Under the pieces are notes generated by a model. The model did no database searches, had not been told where the DNA came from, and was given only the letters and a program-made list of their open reading frames with translations. From Mobula hypostoma (taxonomy: Eukaryota), in assembly GCF_963921235.1 (NCBI RefSeq), contig NC_086097.1, positions 97,652,001 through 97,716,000 on the forward strand: a stretch of DNA of 64,000 nucleotides, written 5' to 3'. Below, piece by piece: positions 38,632 through 50,626 of the stretch; the stretch's first letter is position 1, and each line of letters begins with the position of its first letter. The position numbers and the translations under genes are program-made.

Positions 38632-39519
38632 GTTGTATCCAGCGCTCACGATGTGGCTTCATCTACATTGGTGAGACCTGGTACAGATTGGGACACTGTT
38701 ATGTCAAGCCCCTCCATTCCACCTGAAAAAAGTAGGATTTCCTGGTGACCAACCATTTTAATTCCTGTCCTCATTCCCATTCTAACATTTTGGTCCATGA
38801 CCTCCTCTGATGTCGTGATGAGACCACTGTCAGGTTGGAGGAACAACATTTCATATTCCAACCAGGTGGCCTCCAACTTGATGGCATGAACATCGATTTC
38901 TTCAACTTCCCCATACTCTTTCCTTGTTCTTCAATTTCCTACACTGGTTTTTACCCCTTCTGTTCACCTGGCTATCAGCTCCCACTGGTGCCCCTCCTCC
39001 TTCCCTTCCTTGCATGGTCCACTCTCCTCCCCTACCAGATTCCTTCTTCTCCAGCCCTTTACCTTTTCCACTTATTACCTCCCAGCTTCTTACTTCATCC
39101 CCGCCTCTCCCACCCACCTGACTTCACCCATCTCCTTCGAGCTTGTACTCCTTCACTTTCCCCCCACCTTTTTATTCTGGCATCTTATCCCTACGCAGTT
39201 CCTTTCCAGTCCTGATGAAGTGTTTTGGCCTGCTGTCTGACCTGCTGACTTTCTGCAACATTTTGTGTTTTGCTCTAGATTTCCAGCATCTGCAGAATGT
39301 CATGTGTTTATGATTTGCTGCTCCCCTATAAAGTCTTTTCAAGGTATGCCTACCCTGAAGAATTTTATATCTTCTTTTGAATGGAATTTCAGTGAGATCC
39401 TCCCTCACTACTCCCCTGCTGTGATCTCTGCTACCCACCAACTCTGTGGCTTTCTGCTTACTCAGATTCACTAACTCAGCCACATATTATATCCTTCCTG
39501 GGAAGTTATCTTGCCACCA

Positions 39520-39780
39520 TCTTGTTATCAGGTTCCCTCTTCTCCAGCCCTTTACCTTTTCCACCTATCCACACCCAGATTCTTACTTTACCTCCACTCC
39601 CCCACCCACCTTCTAGCACCTTCTAGCTTGTCATCCTCCCCCTCCCACCACCTTATTCTGACATCTTCTCCCTTCCTCTCTAGTCCTGACGAAGGGTCTC
39701 AGCCCAAAACGTTGATTGTTCATACATTTCCATAGATGCTGTCTGACCTGCTGAGTGCCTCCAGCATTTTTTTGTGTGTT
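39520..39780 (+). mobile_element. Penelope-derived short repeat with hammerhead ribozyme-like motif (39681-39718)
   Basis: TAGTC-CTGACGA-AGGG-TCTCAG-CCC-AAAAC-GTT-GATTG followed by the conserved ccatagatgctg..gacctgctgagt..ctccagcattt. Confidence 0.7.
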
Positions 39781-40789
39781 GAAGGGGAAATTTGGAGTGT
39801 TTTTGAGGAACTCTTGACCAGAGTAAATAGGAGAGGAAGAAGCCATCAGGAAGAAGGTACAAGAGCTTTGGGACTCACACCACCAGGTTCAGGAATAGTT
39901 GTTACCCGTCAACCATCAGGCTCTTGAAACAAAAGGGTTAACTTCACTCAACTTGACTTGGTCCATCATTGACATGTTCCCACAACATAGGGACTCACTT
40001 TCAAGGACTCTTCATCTCGTTGTCGATATTTGTTGCTTATTTATTTATTTATTATTATTATTCTTTCTTTCCTTTTGTATTTGCACAGTTTGTCTTTTGC
40101 ACTCTGGTTGAACACCCAAGTTAGTGCAGTCTTGCATTGATTCTACTGTGTTTGTTATTCTATTATGGATTTATTGAGCATGCCCACAGGAAAATGAATC
40201 TCAGGGTTGTATATTGTGACATGTATCCTTTGATAATAAATTTACTTTGAACTTTGAAGAGAACTAGTAAAGGTGTTTGCACTTTCAAAAGCATTGCACA
40301 AAAGGTTAAGTTGCAAGTTAAGAACATATTAGTGTGGATGGAGATGTAGCTAACAGTCAGGGTGCAGTCACTGGGTATAAGAGGATCATTTTCAGATTGC
40401 CAGCCATTGACCAATGTGTACCAAGGTTGACAGCAAGGCCACAACAGTGATGACTTTGAATTGAATTGACTATTTCTGACATCCTTCGCATACGTGAGGA
40501 GTAAAAATCTTTACGTTACGTCTCCGTCTGAATGTGCAAATTATGGTAATTTGTAATAAATAGTATGTACAGTAAGATATACAACAGAAGTCAAGATAGC
40601 TTAGAAATACCATTGTGTCAGCGTGAATTAATCAGTCTGATGGCCTGGTGAAAGAAGCTGTCCCAGACCCTGTTGGTCCTGGCTTTTATGCTGCGGTACC
40701 GTTTACCAGATGGTAACAGCTGGAACAGTTTCTGGTTGGGTGACTCGGGTCCCCAGTGATCCTTCATTTTGCATTTTACACACCTGTCG

Positions 40790-41302
40790 CTGTCAACTTG
40801 AAGGGGAAGACGCAAGTGCATGGTAATCAGATTTGCGGAAAACAGCAAATTATGTGGGGAAGAAAAGTAGAGAAAAGGATCCACCAAGGATAGGGTTCCT
40901 CTTGTCCTCACCTACCACCCCACTAGCTAACACATCCAGCGCATTATTTTTCGTAACTTTCGCCATCTCCAACGGGATTCCACCACCAAGCACATTTTTC
41001 CCTCTTCCCCGCCCCCATCAGGTTCCCCCTTCCCAGCCCTTTACCTTGTTCACCAATCAACATCCCAGCTCTTTACTTCACACCTCCCCCACTCTCGGTT
41101 TCGCCTATCACCAACTACCTTGTATTTCTTCCTCCTCCTCTCCCCCACCTTCTTACTCTGACTTCTCATCTTTTTTCTCCAGTTCTGATGAAGGGTGTCA
41201 GGCTGAAACATCTTTTCCATGGATGCTGCCTGTCCTGCTGAGTTCCTCCTATTTTGTGTGTGCTGCTTGGATTTCTAGCACCGGCAGATTTTCTCTTGTT
41301 TG
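40790..41302 (+). mobile_element. Penelope-like fragment with hammerhead-like motif (41180-41212)
   Basis: gatagggttcctcttgtcctcacctaccacccc (DRVPLVLTYHP); CTGATGA...GAAACATC. Confidence 0.75.
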
Positions 41303-41750
41303 AGAAAAGGATACAAGCAGTTTTTAGAGAGATGTGATAGAGTAAGTAATGGGGCAAAAGGTTAGAAATGGAATATGGGAAAATGTGAAGTTCATTTTGG
41401 AAAGAAGACCAGTATTACATGAATGGAGAAAAATCATGGAAAGCTGTAACATAAAGGGATTTGGAGACCTTGTGTATGAGTTGCAGAAACCCAGCACAAA
41501 TGCAGAGCTAATTTGTAAAGATCTAAGGAATATTGACCTTTATTTCAATTATTTCTGCATCTGTCTAAAGCTCATCTAGAGTACTGTAAACAATTTTGAT
41601 CCCTCTACATAAGAAAAGGTATTATTTCATTAGAGATGGTTAAGAGAAGGTTCACTCAGATGCTCTTGGGTATGAAGGGATTATCTTATGAGGAAAGGTT
41701 CAAAGTAAATTTATTATCAAAAAAAGTATACATCATCATATATACATCAC

Positions 41751-42875
41751 CAGGGGTCCCCAACCTTTTTCGCACTGCGGACCAGTTTCATATTAACAAT
41801 ATTCTTGCGGACCGGCCGGGGGGGGGGGAGGCAGGGGAAGGGGGATAGGGTTGCCGTCAAATACGTTGGGTTTACACCGAGAAAGACTACAATGACCATG
41901 AAGCCTTGCGCGGGCACCAGTGCGCATGCGTATACGTGCCGATTTTTTTCTACAAATCAGTTTTGGCGACTCTGTCGGGGGGTGTAAATCACGAACGCAA
42001 TATAGGTGATAAGTGGCTAATACACTCAATTTTGTTTCTAAAAGAGTCTGTCTAATGAATTTAATATTAAACACACAGCGCATATTTTCCTCGCATGAAT
42101 ATAGCGATAAGTCAATTATCAGGGGAGCTTGAAGTAAGTGTTGAACGAACTTCCAGTAGAAGTGGTAGAGGCAGATTCGGTATTATCATTTAAAGAAAAA
42201 TTGAATAGGTATATAGACAGGAAAGGAATGGAGGGTTATGGGCTGAGTGCAGGTCCATGGGACTAGGTGAGAGTGGGGTTCGGCACGGACTAGAATGGCA
42301 GAGATCGCCTGTTTCCCTGCTGTAATTGTTATATGGTTATATAAGTCAATAGCATCATAACATTTTAAGTAATGTTTGGATATTAAACACACAGCACATA
42401 TTTTCACCGTATGAACATATAAAATCATTGCAACACACCAATATCGCTGAATCAGTGGGAGCCCTGGGCTTGTTTCCCTGCAACCAGACGGTCCTATCGA
42501 GGGGTGATGGGAGACAGCGATACTCAAAGGAGGTTCCTTATGTCCAGTCTATTCCGCAATTTAGTTTTCGTTGTATTCATTGCAGGGATATGTTGGAAAT
42601 GGAAGCAACGTTTTCAGTGCTTTCGTGGCTATCTCAGGATATTTAGCCATGACTTTGATCCAGAATGCCGGCAGAGATGTTATGTCAAACATACTTTTCA
42701 GCCCGCCATCATTTGCAAGCTCAAGGAGTTGATCTCCTTCCCGATGACGCGCGGGTCATGACCTCGCATGCATTCAAGCTCAACAGTGGGCGTGACAGGG
42801 AATGAGGAAAGGTGCAGCTGACTCATATTGCCAAATCATATCGTTTCTTCGCGGCCCGGTGGTTGGGGACCGCTG
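41751..42875. mobile_element. Non-autonomous hAT (Charlie-like) element containing a CR1 3' end
   Basis: 15-bp TIR CAGGGGTCCCCAACC / GGTTGGGGACCGCTG (1 mismatch); interrupts a LINE 3' UTR; a clean 8-bp TSD is not evident. Confidence 0.8.
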
Positions 42876-43479
42876 CCATATACAACCCGGAGATTGATTT
42901 TCTTGCAGGCATTCTGAGTAGAATAAAGAGATACAATAGAATCAACGAAAAACTATACACAAAGACTAAGCAACCTGTGTGTAAAAGGAAGACAAATTGC
43001 AAGTACAGAAAAGCAAATGATAATCTTAGTATTAATAATTAATAAATAAATAAACAGACAATACTGAGAACATGAGTTGTAGAGTCCTTGAAAGTGAGCC
43101 CATAGGTTGTGTTCAGTGTTATGGTGAGTGAAGTTATCCACTCTACTCATTGGAGTTCAGAAACATGTGAGGTGATTCTGTTGAAACGTGTGAGGTTCTT
43201 GTGTGTCCAGACAGGATGAATGTTGAGAGGATTGTTCCTCTCATCAGGGAATCCAGAACCAGAAAGCATGGTCTGAAACTGAGGGGAGGCCATTTGCAAC
43301 TGAAATGAGAAAAAATTCCTTCTCTGAAGGTTGAGAGTTTTTGGAACTTCCTGCCACTGATAGCTGAGAGGAAGGTTGTACTTAAAGGCGGAGAGCGATA
43401 GATTTCTGTCAGTATAGGGGAATGTAAGGGGGTGTCAGATCAGCCATGTTATTGAATGGTGGAATAACCTCAAGGGTAG

Positions 43480-44600
43480 ATTAGTTTATTATTATCACAC
43501 TGAAGCACAGTGGAAAAACTTACCTTGCATACAGATCGATCCATTACAGCCCTGCATTGAGGTAGTACAAGGTTAAACAATAAGAGTGCAGAATAAAGTG
43601 TTACAGTTATGGAGGAAATGTACTGCAGATAGACAATGTCATAATGATGTAGAATAAGGTTAAGAATCCATCTTATTGTACTAGAGATCGAAGGGAACAT
43701 GCCAAGTTTCTGTATCCTCTTCCTTGGCTCTAGCACCAACATGGATGGTCCAGGACAGGCCACTGATGCTGAGTTCAACTCCCAGGTACTTGAAACTCTC
43801 AACCCTCTCAACTTCAGCACCATTGACATAACCAGGAGCGTGTGCACAACTCCCCTTCCTCAAGTCAATGACCAGCTCTTTTGTTTTGCTGACATTGAAG
43901 AAAAGGTGGTTATCATGACACCATGTCAGTAAGTGCTCTCCTCCATGACCTGGATCAACACGTTGACATCATATGAAGGCTTGCGTACTTCAAGGACTCT
44001 GTCAGGCGATGCCAACTCAGGACCACCCATATTGGAATGGCTGTGGATGAGATGCTAGATGAAGATCGATCCAACCTCTGCTCCTGAACAGACAGACTCG
44101 CATCTCCCCCTCCCGGACCACACTTCAATTAAAAATGTGAATGCCATACGAAACAACAAGTAGGCTCTCTATCTCCTTGATCTACTCCGACTCATCATTA
44201 TTTGAGGTATAGCCCACCACGAAGGTATCATCTGCAAACTTGTAGATGAAGTCTGGTCACACAGTCAATCTTGACTCTATAGGGCAAAGAGCAGGTGGCT
44301 GAGATGTGTCTTGTGGGACATCAGTGCTGAGGATAACCAATTGTGCTCTATTGGTCAGGATGTTAATGATCAAAATAAAGTGTTGAGTCGCAGATCTAGG
44401 AGTTTCAGGATGAATTTCCTTGGAATTATAGAATAAAAGGTGAAGCTTTAATCAATGAACAATTGTCTAACTTGGATGTCTTTCCTAAACAGATGCTCCG
44501 TAGATGTGTGTGGAGCTAGGGAGATGGCAGCGGCCTAGACCTGTACTGATGTTAGGTGAATTACAGTAGGTTGAGATTGTCAAGGAGACTGCATGACTTA
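43480..44600 (-). mobile_element. Degenerate Rex1/Babar-type LINE with a 227-bp insert at 43932-44158
   Basis: VNGAEVERVESFKYLGV; revcomp KFADDT motif at ~44225-44245. Confidence 0.7.
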
Positions 44601-44829
44601 CTTTTGAGAGCATGATGATTGTGAGAGGGTGCACGTGGCAGCTGATGTCCACATTCATGTTTTCCCCATAGAAGTCACTGAACAGATGTTTTTAATTCAT
44701 GTATTGGTACTCGATGGTTTGGAGCACAAATGAGGCTTTGAAACTTGTACCACATATTCATTTTGCTCATCCCTGCATACTGACCACAGGTTAAATTAGT
44801 CAAACTAGTTCACAGGGACCTGACCAGAA

Positions 44830-46720
44830 AGTGCCACTTCAGTGCTGCAGGACTGAGAGGATGGACAGAGCATATTCAGGGAAGTGGTTACCTGCGATTA
44901 TCATGTCAACATTGATGAAAATGCAGGAATGGGGACTGGTTACATAGGAAAGTGCATTGAGAACATCATCGTGATTAAACACTACACTGTCAAGGCAAAC
45001 CAGAAACCATGGCTGACTGTAGAGGTTCATGCACTGCTTAGGGATCGGGACGTTGCCTTCAGATCGGGGGCTCAAGATGACTCTATGGTCAGCAAGAGTT
45101 GCGCTCTCCTGTGTCGTTAGGAAGGCAAAGCATGAGTACACATAGAAAATCGATTATCACCTTTGTGACACCAGGGACACCCGGCGCATGTGGCCAGCTC
45201 TACAAACCATAAGCGATTGCAAGTCCACCCTGAGCATCAGTGACTGTCCCTCCCTTCCTGGCGGGCTGAAAGCTATCTATGTACAATTTGATGAATGATG
45301 TGACATCAAGGAAAGCCCCCTCTCTTCCTGAGGAACAGGCACCCAGTCTGGCTGCAGCCAAGGTGAGGAGAACCCGAGCCAGGGTAAACCCATGCAAAGC
45401 TGCAGGACTGGACAACAGACTTGGTCAGGTGCTGAGGGACTGTGCAGCCCAGCTAACAGATCTTAACGGACAATTTTAATACCTCTCTGAAACAGTCCAC
45501 TCTCCCTGCAAGCTCCAAGGCAGCTACCATCATTCCAGTGCCCAAGAGAGCAATGGTAACTGGTCCAGATAATTACTGCGCAGTGGCACTGACTTCACCA
45601 GGCATGAAGTGCTTTGAGGGGTTGGTTATGGATTGTATAAAATCCAATCTTCCAACTACATTGGACCCTTTCTAGTTCACCGACTCCTCAAATCAGTCCA
45701 CTAATGATGCCATTGCCTTGGCCCTCCACTTCACCTGCCCCACCTAGAAAACAATGCCTCATGCACCAGGATATTGTCCATCGACTTCAGCTTGGCGTTT
45801 AACACTTTCATCCCTCAGAGGCTGGTGGGTAAAATGTCCTTGTTGGGACTCAGTACCCTTCTCTGCACTGAATCTTGAACTTCTTGATTCCAGACAGTCC
45901 AAGTTGGCACCAACATAAAAAACTCCATCACACTGAGCACAGGTGACCTCCAGGGTTATGTGCTCAGTGTGCTGCTGTTCACACTGCTGACTCACATCTG
46001 CACTGCCAGATCCAACGCACACCACATCACCAAAGTCGCTGATGATACTACAGTGGGTGGGCTCATCGACAACAATGATGAGTCAGCATAAAGAGAAGAG
46101 GTAGAGAGGCTTGATAAATGGTGCAAAAGCAACAAGCTGAGTCTCATCATGGACAAGACAAAGAAATAATCATGGACTTCAGGCGGGCACAGTCAACCAC
46201 TTTCCATTGCACATCATTGGCAGTGCCATAGAGAGAGTGAAGAGCTGAACATCCACATAATGGGCAATCTAACCTGGACTCACAGCATCTCACTAGCCAA
46301 GAAGGCACTGCAGTGTCTACCCTTTCTGAGGAGACTGAGGTGTGCAGGGCTCCCCGCCCCTGTTCTAACAACTTTCTACAGGAGCACCATCAAGAGTGTC
46401 CTGTATGGTACGAAAGCTGCAAGGCATCAGACTGCAAGGCCCTACAGAGGATAGTAAAAACTGCCGAGAGGATTATCAGGGTTTCCCTCCTTCCTTCCTC
46501 CCCCCCCCCGCCCCCAATTATGACATTTACCAGGAGAGTTCCAGACAAAGGGCCCACAGCATTGTTAAGGATCCCCCACCATCCATCCCACAATCTCTTA
46601 GACCCACTACTGTCAGGAAGGAGGTACAGAAGCATCAGGACTAGCACTGCTAGACTGGGTAACAGCTTCCTTCCTCAGGCTGTGAGGCTATGGAATACAC
46701 TGCCACTTAAAACCTTGTAG
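44830..46720 (+). mobile_element. Degenerate Rex1/Babar-type LINE
   Basis: NQKPWLTVEVHALLRDRDVAFRSG; RVNPCKAAGLD..VLRDCAAQL; KALQRIVKTAERII..LLSGRRYRSIRTSTARLGNSFLPQAVRL. Confidence 0.85.
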
Positions 46721-47984
46721 TCATAAATACATTGATTATTGCCCCTTCACTTGGAGGGATCGACTCCTTGATGTGGATGTGTTTCTGGTTGCTAGATATG
46801 CCCGGTAATTCAGCCAGTGAGTCATTTTGGTGAAGATGACTCTTGCCAGTGATGATTAACAGGTGTACATGTGGGTGTACATTTTGCCTGCTTTCCTTTT
46901 CTCTGACAAATTAGTGATGTTGCTGCCACAGCAACAATGCTTGTAAATTCAGTCCAAGCTTGGGATCTTTCTTCTAACTAGGCTATGTCTATCGATCCTT
47001 CCTTTAACCAACAGAATAATTAGAGGGATTCTGGAATAGAGTTGCTCTGTATTTGATTAATTATCTTCTACCTTCTACTGTTTATATTTGAAAAAATCTA
47101 GTTGCAGTAGTCTTGTCATCAAATCTATAACAGCAAAATGTAAAATTGCTCATGTAAATTTGCGTAATTGATGGTTATTGTAAAACTGGAATATTTTTAT
47201 TCCTTTAGTGGTATATCAATATTATATATTGTCCACTATATCAGAATCAGTTTTATTATCAGTGATATGCAAAATTTGTTTTGTGGCAGCAGTACAATAC
47301 AAAAACATAAACATACTATAAATTACAAAAATAAATAATGCAAAAACGAAAGGAATAACAAGATAGTGTTCATTGGTCAGGGGCTATTCAGAAATCTGAT
47401 GCGAAAGGAGAAAAGCTTTTCCTAAATCATTGAGTGGGTCTTCAGGCTCCTGGACTAACTCCCCAACTATGGTAAAGAGAAGAGGGCGTGCCCCGGTTGG
47501 TGAAGGTGATGGATGCCACCTTCTTGAAGGTGTCCTCAATAATGGGAAGGATCTTTGGCTATAATGGAGCTAGCTAAATCTTGCAATCCTCTGCTGTTCC
47601 TTGCGAGCCTGTGCACTGCAGCTTCCATACCGGGCAATGATGCAACCAGTCAGAATGCTCTCCACTACATCTCTAGAAATTTGTAAGTGACATACCAAGT
47701 CTTCTCAAATTCCAGACTCATAACAAAGTAGTGATGCTGATGTGCCTTCCTCATGATGGAATTAATGTGTTGTATATTTTGATCCAGAGAAAGATGTATT
47801 AAACAACCCATACCAAGTTGTGACACAACCTTTTAAAATGGTCCATCATATTTCCATAGAAATTTACAAGAGTCTTGGAAGTAGAAGTAGAGCTGCTGGC
47901 ATGTCTTTTTCATGATTATATCAATATGTTGTATGTTTTAATCCAGAGAAACTATAATTGGTAACCTGCATCCTATATTTTCAG

Positions 47985-48083
47985 CGAACTGATGGCAATG
48001 AGCCAGTCCTCAGTATGTGTGTAGCTGTGAAGAAGAAACTGCAACTCTACAACTGGCGTGGTCGAGAGTTCCAGGAAGCACAG
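47985..48083 (+). CDS. VPS39: VPS39 internal coding exon (99 bp)
   Basis: tttcag|CGA..CAG|gtgagg; RTDGNEPVLSMCVAVKKKLQLYNWRGREFQEAQ. Confidence 0.95.
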
Positions 48084-49204
48084 GTGAGGATATCTCAGTT
48101 GAAGGAAATTCCAGCAAGGTAACCTGAAGTCAAGGTAGACATTAGCATAGGTTTCTCTCATTTCTAGTACTTTCTACCCCCTTCCCCCCCCCATCCATTT
48201 TTTCATTCTGGTTACTCTTTCTCTTTCCCTCCCCTGCCCATCACCTCTTTTCTCTTTCTTCCATGATCCACTGTTCTCTCCTGTTAGATTCTTTCTCTAC
48301 CCCCTTATCGCTTCCACCTAACCTCTCTCCCAGCTTCTTTCATCAACCACTCCTCCTTCACCCATGCACCTTCCCCCTCACCTTGTCTCGCCTATCACCT
48401 GCCAACTTGTACTCTTTCCCTCCCCCACCCCACCCCTAGCCTGCATATTGTGGTTTCTGCTCCTTCCTGTCCAGTACCAGTGAAGATCTCACCCCCTCCA
48501 TAGATGCTGCCTGTCTTGCTGAGTTCTTCCAGTTTTTGTATGCATCTTGCTCTAAATGCAAGCTTTTATGATCTAGAAGATCAGAATCAGATGTATTATC
48601 ATTGACTGAGGTGATGTGAAATTTGTTGTTTTGTGACAGCAGTGCAGTGCAAAGATGTTACCTCAGTTAAAATTACAAAACTGTAAAGTGGAAAAAAAGA
48701 AAGGAATAATGAGGGTTCATCGGTTCATGGACTATTCAGACAGAGGGGAAGAAGGTGTTTATGATTTACTGAATATATGTCTTCAGGCTCCTTCCTGATG
48801 GGAATAATGAGAAAATACTTGGTAACATAGTGATAGATTTTTGCCTACTATATTTCTGCTCTTCCTCATTTGTTCTACATAATTTAACTTCTCCAGCTTG
48901 TTGTTCCATCATTAATCTGACCTTAAAGTTTAAAGACTAAGTGACGTATGTAATACTCATAAACTGACAGTGTATTAACCATTGTTTATCAATTGCCTCC
49001 TCTCATCTATGAACAGCTTGCACAAATTTATGTACTAATGTGTTCAATGAAATATTGCAGACAAATTTAACAGACTTTGAGGCAAAAGGAGTTTATGAAG
49101 AATGGAAGAGAGTGCAGCATATTCTTAACAACAGTGGTCTGCTGTCTCAGTATGCTTCAATTCTAAATGAATTACATTGAAGACATGTTTTGTTGTTGTT
49201 GCAG

Positions 49205-49297
49205 GCAGATTTCAGTGTTCCCGATGTTCCCAAATCCATGGCCTGGTGTGAGAATTCCATTTGTGTGGGCTTTAAAAGAGATTATTATCTTATCAGG
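49205..49297 (+). CDS. VPS39: VPS39 internal coding exon (93 bp)
   Basis: ttgcag|GCA..AGG|gtacgt; ADFSVPDVPKSMAWCENSICVGFKRDYYLIR. Confidence 0.97.
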
Positions 49298-49569
49298 GTA
49301 CGTAAAATGTAGGTCACTGATTACCAGAATTGCGGTTTTTGATGGAAATTTGGTACAGTATATTTGTAACTTGATTGTAGAAATTCTTTTAATGTGCAGT
49401 TGATAGCCTTGTGTGAATGCTGAGACATTAAACTGAGCATGGACAGTAAGAACTAATGTGCGTTCCACGATGAATTTGCTTTATCAGTAACCCAACAATA
49501 ATATTTTAATGATCTCTGAAGGTCAGAATTAAAGGAACAGATGTAATGGAACTGCTAATCAAAATGTTA

Positions 49570-49995
49570 GGTGGTGGGGTGGAGATGAATCTCTACCAAA
49601 GGAGGTGTAAGCAGTGGGTGGATGCGCGGAGTGGACGGAGCAAGCCCCTATTCCATCTCCCTGTTTCAAAAATCAATTTAATATATGGTCCCCAGATAAG
49701 GGACGTTAGCCTGCAGGTCACCCTTGGGCTGCTTAGCCCCCCCCCTCCCCCCCCCCAATCAGGGACACCTGAAGCCATGGGAGCAGGTGATAGGCGGTCA
49801 TACGAGCAGCTGGTGCATATCACTAGTCCTGGTTGTGCAACCACTGATGTCAGGCAATCTCTGAAGAGTATGGATAATGGCTAGGGTCACCCATCTTGTA
49901 AAGACACCGTCCAGAAATTTGCCAGGAACAATGATGGTGAGGATAGATGAAAGAGCATGATCACCTACATCATATGACACGACACTTAACGATAA
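49570..49995 (+). mobile_element. SINE-like interspersed repeat (possibly RTE-mobilised) hosting the U2 fragment
   Basis: GC-richer block ending catatgacacgacacttaacgataatg, resembling RTE-type 3' ends; family recalled from ray sequence, not verified. Confidence 0.5.
49616..49706 (-). pseudogene. U2 snRNA internal fragment (U2 nt ~66-156)
   Basis: Minus strand ACGTCCCTTATCTGGGGACCATATATTAAATTGATTTTTGAAACAGGGAGATGGAATAGGGGCTTGCTCCGTCCACTCCGCGCATCCACCC; ungapped, ~79/91 identical to human U2 as recalled; includes stem IIb, Sm site and stem III. Confidence 0.93.
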
Positions 49996-50385
49996 TGGCT
50001 AGAATATTTATCCAGTAAATGGAGAGGCAGGTGCTCAGATTGCCAAGTTATCTGTTATTGTATGAGAATATGGTTCAACATTATAGGAAGTGGGAAACTT
50101 GTTTTTTTAATGTATGTTTGTTAGCCTTTGTTCAGTTTAAAGCCATCCACAAAAGCTCAGTTTAAAGATAAATGTGCTACATATATATATGAAACAAGTC
50201 TTTAATATCTAAAAATTGCTGAGTATTATCTTGCTAACCTTGCACCTTATCCCTGATTCTTTTTTCAGTCTTCTCCAATTAACTGTGGCCATTGATTTTC
50301 TTTTGTTGAATGGTCAACCATTTTATTGCTTCTGGTGACCGTGCAGGTTTCATGCAGAGCTATATTTGGAGCATTCCACAAATTT

Positions 50386-50626
50386 GGAGCAACAGTAGCC
50401 TAGCGGTTAGCTTAATGCTATTACAGACCAGGGTTCAGTTCCCGCTGCTGTCTGTAAGGAGTTTGTACGTTCTCTGCGTGAGCGTGTGGGTTTCCTCTGG
50501 TGCTCCAGTTTCCTCCCACAGTCCAAAGACATACGGGTTAGTAGGTTAGTATGGGTGTAAATTGGCAGTGCCAGAAGGGCTTGTTACTATGCTGTATCTC
50601 TGAATTAAAAAATAAATAAAAATAAA
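50386..50626 (+). mobile_element. tRNA-derived V-SINE (HE1-like), second copy
   Basis: A box TAGCCTAGCGG, B box GGTTCAGTTCCC, V domain GTGGGTTTCCTCTGGTGCTCCAGTTTCCTCCCACAGTCCAAAGAC, A-rich tail. Confidence 0.85.

Larger units (their letters stand above)
32035..39310 (+). mobile_element. Penelope-like element (RT C-terminus + GIY-YIG), split by the LTR element; parts 32035-32918 and 38636-39310
   Basis: FVGYMEQSMFQ..CIDDCIGAASCTHAELDNFINFVSNFHPAIKFT; removing the LTR element restores VICCIQRSRCGFIYIGET; ends RLEEQHFIFQPGGLQLDGMNIDF, then a hammerhead remnant at 39207. Confidence 0.88.

Noticed and set aside
49616..49706. Functional U2 gene, or target site of U2-specific retrotransposons (Keno/Utopia)
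   Set aside because: The first 65 nt, including the branch-point recognition region, and the 3' end are absent; no adjoining element of those clades was recognised
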